Assembly: GCF_001194135.2 (NCBI RefSeq) | Contig: NC_068982.1 | Span: forward strand, 35,326,252 to 35,384,923 | Reading direction: 5' to 3' | DNA length: 58,672 nt | Source of the DNA: Octopus bimaculoides | Lineage: Eukaryota | Shown here: positions 49,004 to 58,672 of the stretch, piece after piece | Position numbering within the stretch: position 1 is the first letter of the stretch | Layout of the letters: each line of letters begins with the position of its first letter | The notes under the pieces: model-generated | Database searches by the model: none | Seen by the model: only the letters and a program-made list of their open reading frames with translations | Told to the model about the DNA's origin: nothing | Translations under genes and position numbers: made by a program

Positions 49004-49520
49004 TCATCATCATCGTCGTCGTTGCCATTTAACGTCTGCTTTCCATGCTGGCATGGGTTGGATGGTTTGACTGAGGGCTGGCGAGCCAAGAGGCTGCACC
49101 AGGCTCCAATCTGATCTGGCAATGTTTCTACAGCTGGATGCTCTTCCTAATGCCAACCACTCTGAGAGTGTAGTGGGTGCCAGTCAGGTGATACAGGCAT
49201 TAGCTACACTTGAATGGTGCTTTTTATGTGTCACCAGCACGGGAGCCAGTCAGGTGGTACTGGCAATGACCACGCTCGAATGGTGCTTTTTACCTGCCAC
49301 CAGCATGGGACCAGTCAGCTGGCACTGGCATTGACCATGCCCGAATAGTACTTTTTACGTGCCAATCAGGTAGTATTGTCATCAACCACAACAACAGCCT
49401 CAACTTGCCTCAACAGGTCTTCGCAAGCACAGTTTATTGCCCAATGATTGAAGGGCTGGTTATGCTGCACTGGCATAGGCCATGGTTACAGTCTCACTTG
49501 GCTTGCTGGGTCTTCTCAAG
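49004..49520 (-). mobile_element. Retroposon D with internal tandem units of about 60 bp
   Basis: Three units gccagtcagg..gaatggtgctttt(t)a.gtgcc at about 49178-49370. Confidence 0.85.
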
Positions 49521-50596
49521 CACAGCATAGAACATATATATGTATATGTGAACATATATGTATTTATATACATATATCTATTTATACATACATGCATATA
49601 CATATATATATATATATATATATAAACACTGTTTTTAATTGGATTACTCTATACAAATCTTTGTTCCCTTTAATGACCTGCCCCTAGGTTTTAATAGCTA
49701 GAGATACTGGTGTCAAATAGTGTTAAATGTCTTGCCTAAGGAAACAGCAGAACACCTGTGTGTGTTTGGGGGTGGGAGGTTAGATGAGTTCATGACCGAT
49801 AAGGCAATAGGTCAAATACCATCAAACCTCCTATTTCATTTAGTCATTGTGGCTCCATTCATCTCTTGAAAATCTTACTCTTTAAAGTCTATTCGCTTCA
49901 TACTCTTAGTTAATCTTCACTTTTAAACTAGTTTTAGCTTATTTGGCAATAAACTGCTTAATCCTCGGCTTTATCCCTTTGTCTCTCTGTCTCCTCCTCT
50001 CCTTCTGTGCGTGTGTGTGTGTGTGTGTGTGTGCATGCGTGTTTATAAATATATATGGATGTTCATATGTACACCTTTACACACACACAGAGAAAGCATA
50101 AAAATCATATTCAATTATAAAGCAACCATTGTATTCTGCACATTCAAAACCTTATATACTGTATTAAACAATTTAGTATATATATGTATTGCATTTAATT
50201 AATACTTAAAGAAATCTATCTAAAAAAAGAGGATTGCCACCAATCTGATCAATTATGACTTTTTAACTGCACAACAGTTCCAGATATTCTTCAGTTATTT
50301 ATTTTTTTTTTTTTCCAAGTATCACATTTTCTTTACCAGTGTTATATGTTTTTATTTATCTATTTTTTTTTCAATATATTACATATTTCTCAAAATTCCA
50401 AGAATTAGTGTTCCTAAAATAGCTTTATCATTATCACCATCATCATCATTTATTATCCGTTTTCCATGGTTTGGACAGGTTCACAGAAGCTGGCAAGCTG
50501 AAAGGCTGCACCAGGCTCCATTTGTCTGTTTTTGGCATGGTTTCCACAACAGGATGCCGTTCCTAACACCAATTCTATGTATATTATAATCTTGTC

Positions 50597-50740
50597 TTTC
50601 CCTTGAATAATATTGGTGGCATGGAAAGGCAAGGCTGGTATGCATGGGTGACTGCTGGTCTTCCACAAACAACCTTGCCTCGGAGGGTAACTTTCTAGGT
50701 GCAATCCCATGGTCATTCATGATCGAAGGGGGTCTTTACT
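50597..50740 (+). mobile_element. SINE C tail type 3 fragment
   Basis: Reverse complement of 25631-25790 with a deletion. Confidence 0.8.
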
Positions 50741-51281
50741 TATTAATCTACAATCTACAAGTTTTTTTCATTCTCTCTCTGTTTATTTTCTCTTATTCCT
50801 TTCTGTTGAAGGCTCGAAACCTAAAAGACTTTTTTATTTTCCCAAGCGTCAAACTAATACACTTGCTTGTTGTTCATACACTTGTCTTCATCTTTTGTTT
50901 TTCTATAAATTTCAACTTTACTAATTAATGTAGGTCATGGCAGGATTTGAACTCACAACACTAGGAGCCACAACAAATGCTGCAAGGCATCAGATCTGCT
51001 TTTCTTAACAGTTTCTCTAATCTACTAACCATCTGTCACCCTCCTTTCACTCTCTCATGAAATTACCTCCTTACTGACCATTTTTATTCCTCTATTCCTA
51101 TTTTCTCTTTTATGTTCACCTTAGGAATATGCTTTTACCATCTCTCTCTCCCATTTCTTTCCAAGTATTCAGCAAGACATCTGTTCCTGTCCCTCTATTG
51201 TACATTAACCTCTTGACACTTGTCACAAATCACCCCCCCCCCTCAACTCCTTAAATATTACGCCCTTAGTCAGTTGAGGGG

Positions 51282-51503
51282 CCTTGTTTTCTGAGTTATT
51301 TAGTGACCTCACTAGTGCTGGTGTCATGAAAAAAAACCACCAGTAAACTCTCTAAAGTGGTTGGTGTTAGAAAGAACATCCAGCTATAGAAACTATTCCA
51401 AAGTAGACATTGGAGTTTGTCACAATCCTCTGGTTACATGGTCCCTATCAAACTGTTCAGCCCATGCCAGAATGGAAGATGAATGTTAAACAATGGTGAT
51501 GAT
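51282..51503 (+). mobile_element. Retroposon D variant, diverged
   Basis: gtggttggtgttagaaagaacatccagctatagaaac..gttaaacaatggtgatgat. Confidence 0.7.
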
Positions 51504-52555
51504 AATCTCTTTCAATTTGCAGCAATTTACTTTACTGTCTTTATTTCAATCCTTCCTGAGTGGATAGACTATGTATCAAGTGTTGTTGTTTATAACCCCA
51601 GGTTGAGTCTGACTGAGCAAACCTTAAATTTACTCCCAATTTTATCAATCTTTTCCAAAAATATCTATACATGTAAACACATTTTTTCACATGCAGAGGA
51701 CTGGACTCAATTCAAATCTTATCAAGTCAAAACCTATAAACTATTAATGGCACCCATGATATGCAAGTGTATCTGTATGTATGTATTTGAATCTATAAAT
51801 GAGAAGTGAAAGTCCTCCACATATAAACAAAGCTGATACTTCCCTCCATTGTCAAATACTGGAGTCAATATAATCCCTCATGTAAAAATTTATGTCATAT
51901 GTCTATGTAAGAAACCAATTTCATTTAATTTAATGGTACATATTTAATGAAATGGCTTAGCTTGGCTCTTTCAAACAAGTAACTCAATTCTAGGCATAGT
52001 TTCAGAGTCACACCCACATATCATTCTCAATTAACAGTCTTACACAAAATTTGCTTTTGGTTAAGAATATCATTGAAAAAACTTATTTTATCATGATAAG
52101 TGGATGAAAACAGGAGAAGGCTCTTCACATATTTTCTTGATGCACCAGTTTCCTTGGGTTAGTTGTAATTATTTCTACTTCAAAACTGTATTTTTATAAA
52201 ACTTGTATATCACGACAATTTCTTTTGCATATTAATAGGGGTATCAGTATCCCAGTTTAAGAACCTCTTGTTTAGTAATATGAAGAGTTAGATTATTTAA
52301 TGTGTCATTTCCTTGTTTGAAATAGTAGGGTGTGATTTGTGGTATATTTTGACTACAATATGGTCTTGTTCCAACACTAGAGATTATTGTTAATGAGATA
52401 ACTTTTGTTGTTTATAAATTTTATGGTTCTGAGTATGATATATTAACTCTCTGCTTGGCTTAACTAAACCCCATAATTTTTTTTTCTCTTATACTACATA
52501 ACCTTGGAAAGAAAATTTACCAAAGCTTGAGATTTCTTTTTATGATTTAGCTAGA

Positions 52556-52861
52556 GGAAGTACAGTAGCATCCACAAGGGGAAAGGGTGGAAGAAACTAC
52601 AGCCTTTAGATTATCTTTCAGGCCATTCATCTAGTCCAAGTACATGCAACCACGTGGATTCTATGAGAAGTACCCAAAAGCCAATTGATGTTTGGCTTAG
52701 AAGTGCAGCAGCATCCATGAGATTTTCTTGGGCCCTTGAGACTGATTGGGAAAGGGTGGAAGAAACTACAGCCTTTCGGTTATCCTTCAGGCCATCAATC
52801 TAATCCAAGTACTTGCAATAGAGTGGACTCAGTGACAAGTACCCAAAAGCCAATTGGTGTT
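52556..52861 (+). repeat. Two-copy diverged tandem duplication (core 114 bp, offset 169 bp)
   Basis: gggaaagggtggaagaaactacagcctt..agtacccaaaagccaattg at 52579-52692 and 52748-52861. Confidence 0.9.
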
Positions 52862-55004
52862 GTTAACTGGGCAATGGATTATATTTTTAATTATATTTCA
52901 TGATCCATAATCAATTGTATTATTTGCCCTCAGATAATGTTCATAATACTATTTTCCATGATGTACATAGCAGGAAAAAAAGTGTCACGCCTACTTTATT
53001 TGTAGTAAAATGTTTATATGCTGGAAAGTATCAATGTGTAAAGAACGCTTCATCAATTTATGTGGGTATTTAAATTTACAGTATCATCTAATCTGTGCCA
53101 GTGTATATAAAAACATTGCCCAAAGAAAAAAAATACAAAAATGCATTGTGTACACACACACACACACACATCAGAGTGCATGCGTGTGTGTGTGTGTGTG
53201 TGTGTTTGTGAATATGTGTATGTGTGCATGCAAGTAAGGCGGGCAGGAATTTTTGTACGAAAGGAAGTTTTGAAAGATAATCAAGGGAATATATAATTCA
53301 TGTCAGTAAAGTTTATCTTCTGCTTGACACAAGATATCTGTGGTGTAAAGTAAGAATACTTAGGCCGAGTTATCAAGGTTGGTCTAAATATTATCTATAA
53401 CTTATTTGCTTCGCTACAAAAAGAAGGAAAGAAAGAAACTAGAAAAAAAAACAAACAAAAAACAGAACAAATGTCTCTTTACACCTGTGTCACACTTATG
53501 AACTAAAATTTAGAGCCAAATTCACATTTAGTAGGCTTAACTTGATCTATTTATGAAAGGACACAATTATACAAGTCACCAGTTTGACAACAGCCAATAG
53601 TTTTATGCTTTTCTTCTAATATATGTAAATTCATGGTTATATTTAAAAATCTGGTTATTGTGATAGAAGATATCTGGGTAAGGTTGGTTGGATAGTTAGA
53701 GTCACTGATATTTTCTGATATTTATGAAAAAAAAACTCCTCTCATGTTATTTTTCTAAGCATTCAAACTGAATAGTCGACATACGTTAACCTCAAACAAA
53801 AGTGTTAAGTTTAAACACCAGTCCCGCTTACTGATTGTTTTTTTTTCTCACATGGTACAGTCAGATCACCTGATGTCTCTTTTTTCTTTAATATCACCTT
53901 ACTTTTTGCTTGTTTCCTCTGGATAATAAGTGTACCAGTTTAACCTATCATAATAAACTTTATTTGAAATGTCTAACAACGGTCCTCCTCAATATTGTTC
54001 ATGTGGTACATCATGAGAATTAATGATAAGTGATTCGTGTACCAAAGATTTTATAATAAACTTTTAATGCTACAATTCAACATGTGTCTTAAATATAAAT
54101 GTTTAAAAAGGCGCTTCTCCATTACCTGATGTATCAGTTATTAAATTATTCTGAAGCTTGCTTTGCATCCCTTTGGTTTTGAGTTCAGTCTCAAGGTGTG
54201 GCACTTTGGCAAGTGTCTTCTTCTATAGCCCTGGGTTGAGCAATACCTTGTGAATCAATTTGGTTAATGGAAAGTGTATGGAAATCCTTGTGTGTAGGTG
54301 TGCCTTTGTATTTGTCTTTGCCCCATACACTGCTTGAAAATTGCTGTAACAGCTGAGAGTAGAGGCTGAATTAAATGAAAGGCTTCTAAAAAAATATCTT
54401 GCAATTAAAATTATGGAAGATTTCATAATTTCTGAAGCTAACAATGCTGACTTTCATATTGTTTGATTGATTAATTCTCTGACGTTTCTCATTTCCTCTT
54501 GATTTGTAAGAGATGGTTCTGCTTTGCACAATTCCTTATTGTTTTTGAATATTTCACACTTCCATTAACATGAATTGGGCTGCTCTATTACTGTGTAGAA
54601 TGCTAGGGGATTCGACTTGAGAAAATAGCTCTTTGGAACATGAACAATGGTTTGTGCACTAATATCAGCACAAGGGAAAACAAAAGAATACTGTGAGTAA
54701 TCATCAACTGTAACAAAATGTTATTTGTTTCCAGATACAACCATTTGAGTCCCACAATATCTAATGAGGTGCTCTGTAAAGGCTACTAATTGCTTCAGTA
54801 GTTTATGCAGTGTGTCTCTGCAAAGAAGTCCTAAAATGTAGATATTAGTTCAGAATATATTCAGCAGTCATTGTGATTATTTTCACTGGAAAAGAAAGTA
54901 TTTTTTCCCAGATGTATGTTCATGAAGCTTGCTTTGCAGTCACGGTTGGGTTTGGTACTATTGCATGGCACTTTTAGCAAGTGCCTTCTATTATAGCCCC
55001 TAAA

Positions 55005-55332
55005 AGGGTAATATTTCCCCACAACCAGACATATTTTCACAGAAGATAGAAAATGAAGGACACCATTTTCCTGATGGTAACACTCATTTACAATTATCAT
55101 AAAAGAAAAAGCAAGGCGACAATAACATATGAGCCCACACACACATAGACATGCACATGCATAAACATACATACAAATATGTGTGCAGTTTTTGTCAACC
55201 AAATCCATTTGCAAGGCTTTGATTGGCTCCGGGCTGTGGTAGAAGATACTTACCCAAGGTGCCATACAACGGGACTGAACCTGAAATCATGTGATTGGAA
55301 AGCAAAGTTCGTACCACACAACCACGCCTGCA
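55005..55332 (-). mobile_element. SINE A, tail type 2
   Basis: Reverse complement head at 55190-55332; converges on a + A head at 54925-54995. Confidence 0.75.
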
Positions 55333-55931
55333 TTATGGAGTTCACAATACAGAAATATTTGCTTCCTAGTTTGTGTGTGTATGTGTGTGTGTGAATCAAC
55401 TCCCTTGTCATAGTCTCCTAAAGAAGGTCACAATTTTTCACTACATGCTTTGTAAAAGTGAAGTCATTTCCTTATTTTGAACTCCTTAATATGCTATATG
55501 GAAGCTTAATGGTTTCATTACACTTAAAATACTTAACTGTCATAGGCAAAGATTTACAACTTCTAAAAAAGTATCATTCAAAGACTCAGTGACCACTCTA
55601 GACATTGGTAGAGCTGGTAGTTTTCTATAATTGACAAGTCAACTATTAGCATTAATCTGGTTTTCGTTTGTGAGATGTGAGTTGAAGAAAAAAGGATACA
55701 CTAGAGCCTCTTCAGTTATCATCATTACACAGAGCTACTTCATGGTAATTACATCATGACATGCTTTTTTTTATTCTTAGGAATTGCGTCAAATCACTTG
55801 TGATGATTTTTGTCAGAAGACAATCTACTTCACAGATTGACTGGGAATAATAGAGGGAATGTGCTTTTTTATAATTGGTCTATAATTGTCTCAACAGTTA
55901 GATTTTAGAACTAATGATGTCCTGTATTTAT

Positions 55932-56295
55932 AGGTGCAGGTGTGACTGTGTGGTAACTAGTTTGCTTTCCAGCATGGTTCCAGGTTCAGTCCCACTGTGA
56001 GACACCTTGGGCAATTGTTTTTTTACTATAGTCACTAAAGTCTTGTGAATGATCTTGGTAAGTAGAAAATGACAGAAACTTGTGTGTGTGTGTGTGTGTA
56101 TTTGTTTCTTGTCACTGCTTGACAACTGGTGCTGGTTTGTTTACATCACCATAACTTAGTAGGTTAGCAAAAGAGCCCAATAGAATAAGTACCAGACTTT
56201 AAAAGATAAATGCAAGGGTCAATTTGTTTGACTGAATCCTTCAGGGCAGTGCTCCAGTATGGCTGCAGTCCAATGACTGAAACAAGTAAAATAAA
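55932..56295 (+). mobile_element. SINE A tail type 1, CpG-decayed
   Basis: Full structure. Confidence 0.88.
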
Positions 56296-56987
56296 ATAAA
56301 AATTTAAAAAGCATGAAATCTAATATGAAATTTTATGTGAAAAAGACAACTAATTAAATTAGATACAAGTGCTGACGAATATATTTCATAATTGATTTGA
56401 TTTTATTGACAAATGCTACCATTTTTTAAAGCATGCATTTATAAACATTGGATATTTGAATTCAAAGTGGGTTCCAATGGGCTGCTGGTTTACTGTATTT
56501 ATAATAGTAATATTTTTGATATTTAAATAATGAAAAATTAGCAGTGTCTGTTGTACTCCTAACATGTATGAGCAACCATATTTAGCCTTGCTTGGGTATA
56601 TTAATAGTTAAAAATAAATACAATGACATATATTCACTATATTTTGAATAAATATAGTTTTTAAAAAAATTCTGATGTAGTATTTATCTTTTCACCCTAC
56701 TTCACTGTGCTGTCTTTTGTAAAACCAAACCTGAGCAGCCTACTCCTACTTCCAGTCAGTCAATGGCTACTATATTAGACAGCCAACACATATAGGCTAC
56801 TTTGCTTGGATTTTTCCTTTTGTTGACTTTTTTATAAATATGTTTTCTCTCTCTTTCCACTCTTCATATATATATTCTGATGAAGGACAATGTTCAAAAT
56901 ATCATAATTAGCTCTTTCCACTTCTTTAATCATCAAACTGATTATTTTGACTGCATCTTGTATTTTGTCTTTTTATCATTCTCTCTC

Positions 56988-56992
<5 letters not shown>

Positions 56993-57078
<86 letters not shown>
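56993..57078. repeat. (TA)n, followed by degenerate (TG/TATG)n at about 57235-57500
   Basis: Direct reading. Confidence 0.95.
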
Positions 57079-57081
<3 letters not shown>

Positions 57082-58324
57082 GCATATGTCTGTATTTATG
57101 TTTATCATGTCCCATAACTTAACACTTCAACAAACAATAATCAATAAAATTAGTAGTAGTTTTCAAAAACAATAGTTGGGCCAAATGGTTGAAACCAATA
57201 AAAATAAATAACTGAATCAATTGACTGTAACTTACCATGTATGTGTATATATGTGTGAATATGTATGTATACATGACTGTGTATATTTATGTACACTTAT
57301 GCACCTCTGTGTTTGTGTGTATGTTGAATGTGCCAATACACATATATTTCTGTGTTTGTGTAAATGTATGTGTATGTCTGTGTATTTGTTTGTGTACGTT
57401 TGAGTCAGCATGTATGAATGTACATATGAGCTTATATGTATGTATGTGTGTAAGTGCGTGTATGTCTTTGTGTATGTATCTGCCTATATGTGTGTCTCTC
57501 TATATGCTTTTTGGTCAAATTGACAAAAATTGTATGTTCATTATTCAGAGTGCTTTCTAGAAAGAACAATGGTATATCTGTGACAGGATTTCTATTCTCT
57601 TCTGCATGTCTAGCAAGTAATCCAGGTCCTTAAACACACACAGCTAGGACCCTAAACATACAATTACATTACGTTTTACAAGCTTTTGTATCATCATAGT
57701 ATTTATTTATTGATTTACATCTACTCATTGAACTAGTAACGTTTGCAAATGGTGTATTTTAGCTACCAGGATCTGATGGTTGAATGAGTGAACTTGTTGA
57801 TGGTGTGTGTAAATATTTCAGATTTAAAATCTGTACACTTGGACTAATACCTTAAAAAGTACAAGAGAGAGGCAGAAAGCAAGCCATCCATGGTTAACCT
57901 CATATGTTTATGAGGGGAGGGGGAAAACAATAGTAAAGTATAACACACCCTGTCTATATTAGTTAAAAGAAAGCATTACTCTCTCCCTCTGTTTCACTCC
58001 TTTTCTCTCTATGTCTGTCTGTCTCTCTCTCACCCCACATACCACCTTATATGCAATCCCTTCTATAGATTAAGTGTCACCTGATTTATCTTACTACTCT
58101 ACATAAAAACATATATTATACCTTTTATTATTTTTCACACTGTACGTTATATTAAGAATAAGCTGTGATCTTAACAATGAAAGATACACAAATATCATTA
58201 TGACTTCATTGAAAAAAATTATCTTTTACCTATGTTTGTACGTATGTATATGTGTGTATGTACATACATGTCTATATAGATATATATATAATGCATGTAT
58301 ATATACATTATATGTGTGTGTATG

Positions 58325-58349
<25 letters not shown>

Positions 58350-58355
<6 letters not shown>

Positions 58356-58672
58356 TTGTTTTGCAAGATTTTTTATGTGAAATCGTGTGTTGAAACAGAT
58401 GTTGTTGTACTTGGAGATGGTCATATTGCCAGTTTAGCCAATAAAAACACACGCACTGTATATTTGGTGTTAATTTTTTTTTTTTTCAGCTTTATATTAC
58501 ATTAATCTTAATCTTAATCTTATTTCGGCCAGAGTTCTTTCGTCACACTTCTGTGACCTCATCAGTGGTCCTTTGTTTCCTTCTTTCTTATGTGTGTCTC
58601 ACCTTGCTAACTATCAGCCATTTTGTATTTTGTATTCCTATTGTATGTGTCTACGCATGCGTGTCCTTCAAT
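58350..58672 (-). mobile_element. Penelope-like terminal repeat (pLTR-like), may run off the window
   Basis: Carries a minimal hammerhead; downstream part is homologous to 13981-14070. No RT or GIY-YIG sequence visible. Confidence 0.5.
58527..58571 (-). ncRNA. Minimal type I hammerhead-like motif
   Basis: GGACCA-CUGAUGA-G-GUCAC(AGAAGU)GUGAC-GAAA-G(AA)CUC^UGGCC: perfect 5-bp helix II, helix I CCA/UGG, 2-bp helix III. Confidence 0.6.

Noticed and set aside
54671-54760. GTGAGT donor and tttccag acceptor pair
   Set aside because: The implied intron is only about 42 nt and the flanking frames are short or closed.

Overview
AT-rich, microsatellite-saturated eukaryotic DNA with several assembly gaps. 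The retroposon families look like those of an Octopus (coleoid cephalopod) genome; this is inferred from family recognition, not from a search. Almost all ORFs in the six-frame track are microsatellite or repeat artefacts. Supportable content: (1) a probable first coding exon on + (7183-7264, signal-peptide-like, GTAGGT donor) behind a CpG-rich, GA-rich leader with stacked uORFs, opening a very long intron, with a plausible 51-nt exon 2 at 48003-48053 that reads like an Ig-domain start; (2) dozens of SINE copies (my labels: A, B, C with tRNA-like heads; D with an RTE-type tail; E unclassified) showing swapped 3' tails and nested insertions; (3) RTE-type LINE relics, a decayed mariner transposase, and mariner, hAT and piggyBac-type MITEs; (4) a sharp drop in CpG retention near 13-14 kb, consistent with gene-body methylation. 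The most interesting signal is a set of minimal hammerhead-ribozyme motifs in Penelope-like sequence: an apparently intact one at 2519-2564, another at 58527-58571, and relics at 2305-2348 and 26302-26342. Two loci are head-to-head inverted duplications. No CRISPR array, rRNA or true tRNA gene was seen. Repeat boundaries are approximate (about +/-20 nt) unless defined by a TSD or TIR.
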